Source: an uncultured Planctomycetales bacterium (lineage in GTDB: Bacteria > Omnitrophota > Gorgyraeia > Aquiviventales > Aquiviventaceae). From it: a DNA stretch of 32,803 nucleotides. The position numbers were made by a program, and so were the translations under genes. The stretch spans positions 1 through 32,803 of the forward strand of contig CAYNXT010000002.1 of NCBI GenBank assembly GCA_964401235.1, given 5' to 3'. Below the pieces are notes generated by a model. The model saw only the letters and a list, made by a program, of their open reading frames with translations, did not search any database and was not told the DNA's origin. Positions 16,817 to 24,309 of this stretch are shown here, piece by piece (position 1 is the stretch's first letter; the number at the start of each line of letters is the position of its first letter).

Positions 16817-19710
16817 TGCTCGTAGGGACCGATGAGCCGCTGCTTGAGGATTTGACCGCGGCTCAGCGGCAAGCGGTCACCCATGAGGGTGGCCCGCTGT
16901 TGATTATTGCCGGGGCTGGCACCGGCAAGACCACGGTCATTACCCGCCGCATCGCCTGGCTCATCGCCACCAAACGGGCCCGTCCAGACGAAATCCTCGC
17001 GCTGACCTTTACCGAGAAGGCGGCCGCTGAGATGGAGGAGCGGGTCGACTTGCTCGTGCCGTACGGCTATCTGGACATTGCCATCCGGACCTTTCACGCC
17101 TTCGGCGACCAGCTCGTGCGAGAGCACGCAACGCAACTAGGACTTTCTCCGCACGTGCGCGTGCTCTCCAGCCCTGAGCAGGGTGTCTTCTTGCGCCGGC
17201 GCGCCTTCGAACTCCCGTTGCAATCGCTGCGGCCGCTCAACGATCCCACCCGATTTCTGGATGCGCTCTTGACCGTTTTTGCTCGCGCCAAAGATGAAGC
17301 CGTCAGTCCAGAAGACTACCTCGCCTACGCGCGCTCCATCCAACCCTCAGAGAGTCCGGAGGCACAACGCATCCTCGAAGTCGCCGAAGCCTACGCCGCC
17401 TATGAGCCGTTGCTCCGAAACGCCGACGCCATCGATTTCGGCGATCAGGTTCTGCTGGCCATCCGCTTACTGGAGCAGCATCCTGAGATCCAGGCCGCCC
17501 TGAAGTCGCGCTTCCGGTACATCCTGGTCGATGAGTTTCAAGACACCAACTACGCGCAGTATCGGTTGCTGCGGCTGCTGGCTGATCCAGGGGCCCCGAT
17601 CTCGGTCGTGGGGGATGATGACCAGAGCATCTATAAGTGGCGCGGGGCGGCGATCAGCAACATGCTGAAGTTTTTGGAGCACTATGCGGCCGTGCGCACG
17701 GTGGTGCTCACGGACAATTTTCGCTCGGGCCAACCGATTTTAGATTGCGCCTACCGATTGATTCGATTGAACAATCCGGATCGTTTGGAAACCAAGCAAG
17801 GCATCGAGAAGCGACTGGTGGCGAAGACGACGCACGCCGGCGATCCGCCGCACCTGAGAATTTTTGATACCGTCTCAAGCGAAGCGGATTGGGTGGCCGC
17901 CACGATTCGGCCAGAGATCGAATCCGGCGTCCGCCGGCCTGGCGAGTTTGCCATCCTCGTGCGCTCTAATCGGGAAGCGGATGGCTTTCTGCGAGCGCTC
18001 AATGTCGCTGGTGTGCCCTGGCGCTTTAGCGGTACGAGCGGCCTGTTTGCGCGTGAAGAAACCAAGATTCTGCTCTCCTGTCTTAAGACCTTGGCTGATC
18101 CGGATGATAGCCTCAGCTGGTTTCACGTGGCCAGCTCGCCCCTCTATGGCTGTGCGATGCAGGATCTGAGCCTGGTACTCGCCCATGGCCGCAAGACAAA
18201 CCACAGCTTTCGCCGCGTGCTGGAGCAGCTGAACCAAGAGCCCACGCTGGCCGAGGCCATCAGCGAAGCGGGCAAGCGGCAGCTGACACAGCTGCAAGAG
18301 GATGTGGCCCGGTTGCTTGAGCAGACGCGCACCCGTTCCAGCGGCCAGGTGCTCTACCAATGGCTCTCGGATCGAGGCTGGCTTGCGCGCTTAAGCCAAG
18401 AGGAGCGGTTGGAGGATCTGTTGCGACTCCAGACGATCGCAGCATTTTTTTCACAACTGCGCCGGATCGAAGAGCTCGTCGCAGGCCGGCTGCCTGAGCT
18501 CATGCAACACCTGGAGCTGTTTGAGGCGATGGGCCACGAAGCGCCGAATGAAGATGATGCCTGGGCGGATTGCGTCCATGTGCTGACGATTCACAAAGCC
18601 AAAGGGCTGGAATTTCCCGTCGTGTTCATGGTCGGCTTGGTGCAGGGGAGGTTTCCGACGCTACGGCGGCGTGACACCATCGAGCTGCCCGATGCATTGA
18701 TTCAGGATATCTTGCCTTCGGGGGACTACCATTTGCAGGAAGAACGGCGACTGTTTTACGTCGGCATGACCAGGGCCAAGCATGCTCTCTATCTTTCCTG
18801 CGCGTATGATTATGGGGGCAAGACCGTTCGAAAGGTGAGCCAGTTTGTCTTGGAAGCGTTGGACCTTGCCAGTCCTAGTCCTCCGGCGAGGATTGCGAAC
18901 GCCAAGGAGTTGATTGCGCGTTCCAGGGCACAGGAGCCGCTGCCGCTGAGCGCTTCCGACCCTGCGAGAAGAATCCTCAGGCTTGATCCGCATGGAGTGG
19001 ACGATTATCTGACCTGTCCGCTCAAGTACCGCTACAGCCATGTGCTGAAGGTGCCTGTCATGCGCCACCACCTGGTCGCGTATGGCTCGGCGCTCCACAA
19101 GGCGGTCGAAGCCTTCTTCAGGCAGCGCCTGGCTGGGCAGGAGATGGCCGAGACGGAGTTGCTCGCCACCTTTGAGCAAGCCTGGAGCGCTGAAGGGTTT
19201 CTGACGCAAGAACATGAGCAGCTGCGGTTTGCCCAAGGCCGAGAAACGCTGCGGCGTTTCTACCAACGCCAACAGCAAGCACCCGAACGGCCGCTGCTCA
19301 TTGAAGAAAAGTTCAAATTTCCTCTCGATGGTCTGCTGGTGGTCGGCCGGTGGGATCGAGTGGACCGCCAGGGAGAGAACATCGTGATCATCGACTATAA
19401 ATCTTCCGAGGTGCATGAGCAGGCCGAAGCCGATCGCCGCACTCGAGAATCGTTGCAGCTCCTGATCTATGCGCTGGCCTGGCGCACGCTCCATGGCGTG
19501 CCGCCCGCTGGGATGGAGCTGCGGTTTTTAGAGACCGATCTCATCGGCCGTGCCGAAGTCACGGAGGAAGGGATGGCTCGTGCCGCCACCTTCTTGCGTG
19601 AAGCAGCCGCAGGGATCAGAGCGGGGAAGTTTGGTGCTAAGCCGCAAGAGCATGCCTGTCGCTGGTGCGCGTTCCAAGCGATTTGCCCCTTCGCGTTTCA
19701 CATCCGTTAA
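16816..19710 (+). CDS. UvrD/PcrA-family SF1 helicase fused to a C-terminal Cas4/AddB-type PD-(D/E)XK nuclease with a 4-Cys cluster
   Basis: AGAGTGKT (motif I), VDEFQDTN (II), TIHKAKGLEFPVVF, VGMTRAKHALYLS (VI). C-terminus: YLTCPLKY...DRVDR...IIDYKS...CRWCAFQAICP (C...CxxCx5C). Confidence 0.88.
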   Translation: MLVGTDEPLLEDLTAAQRQAVTHEGGPLLIIAGAGTGKTTVITRRIAWLIATKRARPDEILALTFTEKAAAEMEERVDLLVPYGYLDIAIRTFHAFGDQLVREHATQLGLSPHVRVLSSPEQGVFLRRRAFELPLQSLRPLNDPTRFLDALLTVFARAKDEAVSPEDYLAYARSIQPSESPEAQRILEVAEAYAAYEPLLRNADAIDFGDQVLLAIRLLEQHPEIQAALKSRFRYILVDEFQDTNYAQYRLLRLLADPGAPISVVGDDDQSIYKWRGAAISNMLKFLEHYAAVRTVVLTDNFRSGQPILDCAYRLIRLNNPDRLETKQGIEKRLVAKTTHAGDPPHLRIFDTVSSEADWVAATIRPEIESGVRRPGEFAILVRSNREADGFLRALNVAGVPWRFSGTSGLFAREETKILLSCLKTLADPDDSLSWFHVASSPLYGCAMQDLSLVLAHGRKTNHSFRRVLEQLNQEPTLAEAISEAGKRQLTQLQEDVARLLEQTRTRSSGQVLYQWLSDRGWLARLSQEERLEDLLRLQTIAAFFSQLRRIEELVAGRLPELMQHLELFEAMGHEAPNEDDAWADCVHVLTIHKAKGLEFPVVFMVGLVQGRFPTLRRRDTIELPDALIQDILPSGDYHLQEERRLFYVGMTRAKHALYLSCAYDYGGKTVRKVSQFVLEALDLASPSPPARIANAKELIARSRAQEPLPLSASDPARRILRLDPHGVDDYLTCPLKYRYSHVLKVPVMRHHLVAYGSALHKAVEAFFRQRLAGQEMAETELLATFEQAWSAEGFLTQEHEQLRFAQGRETLRRFYQRQQQAPERPLLIEEKFKFPLDGLLVVGRWDRVDRQGENIVIIDYKSSEVHEQAEADRRTRESLQLLIYALAWRTLHGVPPAGMELRFLETDLIGRAEVTEEGMARAATFLREAAAGIRAGKFGAKPQEHACRWCAFQAICPFAFHIR

Positions 19711-19831
19711 GTCCTTTTAAGTCTCCCTCCAAAATAGTTCCTCCAGCCCTTGACGCTTATCCAGAAATAATGTTTATTTTAAATAGACTTATAAATAGTA
19801 AATTAAGCTACTGGTCCCTCAGGAGGTAGCA

Positions 19832-20101
19832 ATGTTCCAACGACCGGCACCACAGACGAAACTGGTTCCAACCGCGCCCGAAGTCTTCGAAGCGCGATTT
19901 AAGCGGTTCTTGAAGGAGTTTGAGGGCTATGAGCGCAAGGCGATCTTTGAGCGTACGCTGGATGCGTTCCTCGATCTGTATTCAGCCTGGAAGCGGACGC
20001 ATGCGCCGGCGCTGAAAATTCGGGTGGTCATGCTGGTGTTTGAACTCAACCGACTGGACCCCCAATTTTCCTGCGATCTCTCCTTCCGAGACTCTGCATG
20101 A
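19832..20101 (+). CDS. Hypothetical protein (89 aa)
   Basis: AGGAGG at 19821-19826, 5 nt before the ATG. ATGA overlap with the next ORF. No motif recognised. Confidence 0.5.
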   Translation: MFQRPAPQTKLVPTAPEVFEARFKRFLKEFEGYERKAIFERTLDAFLDLYSAWKRTHAPALKIRVVMLVFELNRLDPQFSCDLSFRDSA

Positions 20102-20466
20102 GACAAATCCTGGTCAGAAACCTGACGTCGAACGATTGGCTCAAGCGCGACTGCATCGTCAGCGAGCTCATGGAGCAGGGCGATTGTGCCACCCGGGTCA
20201 TGCGCCGCTGCACCTATCATGTGGAATCTCGGATCACGGTGCCTTCAACAGCCGATTCCATTCACTGGGCCAAAACGCTCGATCCAGTTCCTCCGCGGCA
20301 GGTGTATGTGACGAAAGATTTGGATCCTGAAACCGGAGGAGAGCAGGTCAGCTACAAAGTTCTTGGTCACTTCTACGTGGTCCTCGATCGTGAGATCTTC
20401 TGCGTGGGCTACCGCCACATCCTCTCGATGATGGTCCAAGCCTCTGACATCTTCTCCGAAGAGTAA
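20098..20466 (+). CDS. Hypothetical protein (122 aa)
   Basis: Translationally coupled (ATGA) to the upstream ORF. No motif recognised. Confidence 0.5.
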   Translation: MRQILVRNLTSNDWLKRDCIVSELMEQGDCATRVMRRCTYHVESRITVPSTADSIHWAKTLDPVPPRQVYVTKDLDPETGGEQVSYKVLGHFYVVLDREIFCVGYRHILSMMVQASDIFSEE

Positions 20467-20525
20467 ATCCCCTCGCCATTGCTGCGGGTCCTGGCTCAAG
20501 CCTAATCAAGGTGCCTCCGACCAAA

Positions 20526-20685
20526 CCTGCTCGCTTAGATGCGGGCTCTCGTCGCCCTCGGTGTGCGGACCGTCCGCCAAACTCCTCGCCCCGAGCACGC
20601 ACTACTTCGGGATCGGGGCTCGTCAGACATGGCGGCCGAGAGCGTCCGCACTCCTCGGGCTGAGCCCGCATAATCCGCTCGCAGG
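20526..20685. repeat. Long imperfect palindrome, unit 1
   Basis: Outer arms are cctgctcgcttagatgcgggctc (from 20526) and gagcccgcataatccgctcgcagg (to 20685). Central hairpin is gccccga...tcggggc. Confidence 0.6.
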
Positions 20686-20713
20686 TTGGTCAGAGGCAGG
20701 AGTCGCCAATAAT

Positions 20714-20909
20714 GTGCTCTCGCCCACTCGTGAGCGACCTATGCGGACTCAGCCCGCAGGGTGCGGCCAGGTCGTTAATCCACGGCCACCGCTGTCTGAG
20801 CCCCGCCGCTTCGCGCAGCGAAGCACTCCGGCGGGGCGAGTTCGGTGGCCGGGCTGCGCCCAAGGGCGCCCGGAGGCCGCATCGGAGCGAACGAGTTGGG
20901 CGAGAGCAC
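20714..20909. repeat. Long imperfect palindrome, unit 2
   Basis: Outer arms are gtgctctcgcccactcgt...atgcgg (from 20714) and ccgcat...acgagttgggcgagagcac (to 20909). Inner matches are cggccaccg and ccccgccg/cggcgggg. Central hairpin is gcttcgc-gca-gcgaagc (20808-20824). Confidence 0.75.
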
Positions 20910-20940
20910 AAGAAACCTCACGCAATTGTGTCAGCTCATG

Positions 20941-20969
20941 TTGACGCCTCTACGAGGCCATGCTAGAGT
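20941..20969 (+). promoter_or_regulatory. Putative sigma-70 promoter for gpsA (TTGACG-17 nt-TAGAGT)
   Basis: TTGACG 20941-20946, a 17-nt spacer, and TAGAGT 20964-20969. The ATG lies at 20977, only 7 nt past the -10 box. Confidence 0.45.
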
Positions 20970-20976
20970 GACGGCG

Positions 20977-21978
20977 ATGAATCCACACAAGACGACCGTT
21001 GCAGTCCTCGGAGACGGTGGGTGGGGAACGACGCTAGCCATTCACCTCCACAAGCGCGGCCACCAGGTCCGCTGGTGGGGAGCGTTTCCCGAGTATGTCG
21101 CCCTCCTCAAGCGCCGGCATGAGAACGTCAAATTCCTACCGGGTATTCGTCTTCCAAAAGAGTTACCCATCACTGCACATCTGGATGAAGCGCTCACCAA
21201 TGCCCAACTCATCGTCTTAGCGGTTCCATCCCAATATTTACGCAAGGTGGCGGTGAAGCTGCGACGCGCAAGGCTTGACCGTCAAATTATTTTGAGCGTT
21301 GCCAAGGGGCTCGAGCAAGGGAGTTTCAAGCGAATGTCGCAAGTCGTCACCGAGGAGCTCGGGCGTGTACCGCTTGCGGTGCTCTCAGGGCCGAATATCG
21401 CCAAGGAAATTGCCGGCGGTTATCCCGCCAGTTCGGTGGTAGCTTCACCGGACGCGCGGCTTGCCAAGTTTGTGCAACAGACCTTCATGAATGAGCAGTT
21501 TCGTGTCTATACCTCTCCTGATGTGATCGGAGTGGAACTAGGGGGTGCGCTTAAGAATCCACTGGCCATTGCCGCAGGCTTAAGCGATGGTTTGGGCTTC
21601 GGCGCCAATGCTAAAGCCGCGCTCGTCACACGCGGCGTCGTCGAAATGGCGCGATTGGGCGTGGGCATGGGGGCGAAGGCGGAAACCTTTTGGGGTCTGA
21701 GCGGTCTTGGCGATCTCGTGACGACCTGTCTTGCTGGTCGGAATCACTGGCTCGGTGAGCAGCTTGGTCGAGGCCGATCGTTAAAAGCGGTGCTGGCCTC
21801 AACACCCATGGTGATCGAGGGCGTCGAAACTTCCAAAGCCGCCGTCGCACTCGCCCGTCGCCACCGTGTGGAACTACCGATCATCGAACAGGTCGCAGCC
21901 GTCCTCTTCCGACATCGTCCGCCCCGCAAGGCGCTCCACGCCCTCATGCGCCGCTCCGGCAAATCCGAATCCGCCTGA
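20977..21978 (+). CDS. gpsA: NAD(P)H-dependent glycerol-3-phosphate dehydrogenase
   Basis: VAVLGDGGWGTTLA, GPNIAKE, GALKN, GLGDLVTTC. The ATG at 20977 is preferred; the ORF-track start at 20845 runs through the palindrome. Confidence 0.92.
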   Translation: MNPHKTTVAVLGDGGWGTTLAIHLHKRGHQVRWWGAFPEYVALLKRRHENVKFLPGIRLPKELPITAHLDEALTNAQLIVLAVPSQYLRKVAVKLRRARLDRQIILSVAKGLEQGSFKRMSQVVTEELGRVPLAVLSGPNIAKEIAGGYPASSVVASPDARLAKFVQQTFMNEQFRVYTSPDVIGVELGGALKNPLAIAAGLSDGLGFGANAKAALVTRGVVEMARLGVGMGAKAETFWGLSGLGDLVTTCLAGRNHWLGEQLGRGRSLKAVLASTPMVIEGVETSKAAVALARRHRVELPIIEQVAAVLFRHRPPRKALHALMRRSGKSESA

Positions 21979-22046
21979 GCCTGAGCCTAGTCGTTGACAG
22001 TATTCGACGAGCCTGCTACGCTGTAACTCCTTCATGCAATAGGGAC

Positions 22047-22076
22047 TTGACAAGATATATATCTTTGATATATACT
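22047..22076 (+). promoter_or_regulatory. Putative vapBC promoter with an embedded 14-bp perfect palindrome (candidate operator)
   Basis: TTGACA 22047-22052, an 18-nt spacer, and TATACT 22071-22076. The palindrome AAGATATATATCTT lies at 22052-22065. Confidence 0.5.
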
Positions 22077-22083
22077 AGTGGTT

Positions 22084-22314
22084 ATGAAAGAGGCGAAACT
22101 ATTCCAGAACGGTCGCAGCCAGGCGGTCCGATTGCCCAAAGAGTATCGCTTGACGGGCAAATCCGTCTATATTCATAAGCTGGGGAATCTTGTCGTGCTC
22201 ATTCCAAAAAAGAAATCCTGGAGCTCCCTGGTAGACGCGTGCGCCAAATTCACCGAAGATTTCATGACGAGCCGGGATCAAGGAGTGCATGAGCGCGAGC
22301 GCCCGTTTGCATGA
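22084..22314 (+). CDS. vapB: AbrB/SpoVT-family antitoxin VapB
   Basis: MKEAKLFQNGRSQAVRLPKEYRL is the swapped-hairpin antitoxin motif. ATGA overlap with the PIN gene. Confidence 0.85.
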   Translation: MKEAKLFQNGRSQAVRLPKEYRLTGKSVYIHKLGNLVVLIPKKKSWSSLVDACAKFTEDFMTSRDQGVHERERPFA

Positions 22315-22709
22315 AGTACCTCTTGGATACAAACATTTGTATCTACCTCATTAAGAAGAAGCCTCAAAAGACGTTCGCCAAGTTTCAAGATTTGAATGTC
22401 GGAGAAGTCGGCATTTCGGCTATTACCTACGCAGAGTTAGAGTATGGGGTGGCGCACAGCAGTGACCCCCAACAAAACAGGATGGCGTTGAGCGAGTTTT
22501 TGGCTCCGTTAGAGCTTCTTGATTTCCAAGCCCCCATCGCTCCCCTCTATGGAGTTCTTCGCACCTCGCTGGTGCGCGCCGGAAAAATGATCGGTCCGCT
22601 TGATCTGTTGATCGCCGCGCATGCATTATTTCTTGGTGCGGTTCTTGTCACGAACAACGTCAAAGAGTTCTCAAGAGTCGCTGATCTCAGAATTGAGAAT
22701 TGGGTATGA
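22311..22709 (+). CDS. vapC: PIN-domain ribonuclease toxin VapC
   Basis: MKYLLDTNICIY..., AITYAELEYG, DLLIAAHAL, LVTNNVKEF. Confidence 0.92.
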   Translation: MKYLLDTNICIYLIKKKPQKTFAKFQDLNVGEVGISAITYAELEYGVAHSSDPQQNRMALSEFLAPLELLDFQAPIAPLYGVLRTSLVRAGKMIGPLDLLIAAHALFLGAVLVTNNVKEFSRVADLRIENWV

Positions 22710-22740
22710 AGGAGCGAGGGGTTTCCCGCGATTGCCATTT

Positions 22741-22817
22741 CGGGGCGTGGCGTAGCTTGGTAGCGCGCGTGAATGGGGTTCACGAGGTCCTGGGTTCAAA
22801 TCCCAGCGCCCCGACCA
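22741..22817 (+). tRNA. tRNA-Pro (anticodon GGG)
   Basis: Hand-folded: acceptor CGGGGCG/CGCCCCG (C1:G72), A73, encoded CCA, anticodon stem CGTGA/TCACG with loop ATGGGGT, T arm CTGGG-TTCAAAT-CCCAG. Confidence 0.9.
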
Positions 22818-22827
22818 TCGAAATACA

Positions 22828-22855
22828 GTGAAAAGTGTAAAGTTGAAAGTGGAAA
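22828..22855. repeat. Heptanucleotide tandem array (GTGAAAA GTGTAAA GTTGAAA GTGGAAA)
   Basis: Four contiguous 7-nt units starting 11 nt after the tRNA-Pro 3' end. Confidence 0.8.
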
Positions 22856-22884
22856 AGGAACCAGGAATTCAATTAGAGTTCTGA

Positions 22885-24195
22885 ATGAGTCGGAAAATTA
22901 ACGTTGGTCTTATTGGATTGGGGACGGTGGGCACCGGTGTCGCTCGGGCCCTTCTGGAGAAGGCGCATCTTCTTGAGGAGCGCATCGGCGCACGGGTCGT
23001 GCTGCGCCGGGTGTGCGATCGTGACTTGCGGCGCCGGCGGGGGTTTCGCCTCCCACCAGGCTTAGGGACTTCTGACCCTGCGGTCATCCTGCGCGATCCG
23101 GACATTCACATCGTCGTCGAGCTGATTGGCGGGCTGGAGCCGGCCAGAACGCTTGTGCTCGAAGCGTTGCGGCGCGGCAAGCATGTGGTGACTGCGAACA
23201 AGGCGCTGCTGGCCGAGGCAGGGCATGAGCTCTTTCGAGCGGCCGCCAAGGCGAACGCCGATCTCTATTTCGAAGCGTCGGTCGGAGGCGGCATTCCAAT
23301 TATTAAGGCGCTGCGCGAAGGGTTAGTGGCGAACGACGTGGATGCGATCCTCGGCATCGTCAATGGCACATCCAACTACATCCTCACCCAGATGCGCGAG
23401 AAAGGCCTCAGCTTTCATGAGGCGCTCTTAGAAGCCAAGCACCATGGCTATGCCGAGCGCAATCCTTCACTGGATATCGAGGGGCATGACGCGGCGCACA
23501 AACTTGCCATCTTAACGCTGCTAGGATTTGGACAGCAGGTCCGCCTGTCCGATATTCACGTGGAAGGTATTAGCAAAATTTCCCAAGCCGACATTCAATA
23601 TGCCGAGGAGCTCGGGTATTGCATCAAGCCGCTGGCGATTGCCAAGCAGGTCGATCATGAACTCGACATACGGGTGCACCCGACACTCCTGGCTAAGACG
23701 CACCTTCTGGCCAATGTGAATGGCGTCTACAACGCCATCTATGTGCATGGCGACATGGTAGGTTCCACCTTGTTCTACGGCAGAGGGGCAGGCCAAAATC
23801 CAGCGGCCAGCTCGGTGGTGTCCGACATCGCGGATGTGGCGCGAAACCTGGTCACCGGGACCAACCATCGCATCCCACTCACCGCCTATCACGCTCGGCG
23901 CGTGCATCGCTTGCGCCGGATGGGCAATATCGAGACGCGTTACTACATGCGCTTTATGGCGGTGGATAAGCCCGGGGTGCTTGCCCGTATCGCGAATATC
24001 TTGGGGCACCACCACATTTCCATTGCGAGCGTCCATCAGAAGGAGCGCAAGGCCGCGCGCTTTGTGCCTGTCGTCATGATGACGCACGAAGCCAAAGAGT
24101 CTCACGTCCGCCGCGCCCTTGAGACGATCGACCGTCTTGGGTTCGTCAGGCAGCCGACTGTCGCGCTGCGAACGGAAGCTCCACGTCCGCAGTAG
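22885..24195 (+). CDS. hom: Homoserine dehydrogenase
   Basis: INVGLIGLGTVGTGV, VVTANKAL, GGGIPII, NGTSNYILT, C-terminal ACT-like domain. Confidence 0.93.
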   Translation: MSRKINVGLIGLGTVGTGVARALLEKAHLLEERIGARVVLRRVCDRDLRRRRGFRLPPGLGTSDPAVILRDPDIHIVVELIGGLEPARTLVLEALRRGKHVVTANKALLAEAGHELFRAAAKANADLYFEASVGGGIPIIKALREGLVANDVDAILGIVNGTSNYILTQMREKGLSFHEALLEAKHHGYAERNPSLDIEGHDAAHKLAILTLLGFGQQVRLSDIHVEGISKISQADIQYAEELGYCIKPLAIAKQVDHELDIRVHPTLLAKTHLLANVNGVYNAIYVHGDMVGSTLFYGRGAGQNPAASSVVSDIADVARNLVTGTNHRIPLTAYHARRVHRLRRMGNIETRYYMRFMAVDKPGVLARIANILGHHHISIASVHQKERKAARFVPVVMMTHEAKESHVRRALETIDRLGFVRQPTVALRTEAPRPQ

Positions 24196-24309
24196 CCATC
24201 CCATGATCCCACCCCCTGCGTGTTGGCCAAAGGCCGTCCGCTGGCCCCTGGGATTGACCATTGGTCCAGCGGCCCGCGTCGCCTGCGGCGACGCCACACA
24301 GGGGGTGGG

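Noticed and set aside
20467-20940. Possible known structured RNA (RNase P RNA, tmRNA, SRP RNA, 6S RNA, riboswitch, retron msr/msd, group II intron domain V).
   Set aside because: I could not find the conserved cores on either strand (for example GGAAAGUCCGG and ACAGAACCCGGCUUA of RNase P, the tRNA-like end of tmRNA, or the SRP GGAA/AGCA loop). No reverse transcriptase gene lies nearby. This needs an Infernal scan to be definitive.
20561-20966. ORFs on both strands in the gap before gpsA (127 aa +, 84 aa +, 73 aa -, 107 aa -), two of which start MCSRP.
   Set aside because: The mirror-image starts are a by-product of the inverted repeat. The translations are low-complexity (R/P/S/A/G) and no ribosome-binding sites are visible.
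22828-22855. CRISPR-like appearance of the GTGGAAA / GTTGAAA units, which resemble CRISPR repeat ends.
   Set aside because: The period is 7 nt with no spacers and no cas genes in the window, so this is a microsatellite-type array and not a CRISPR.
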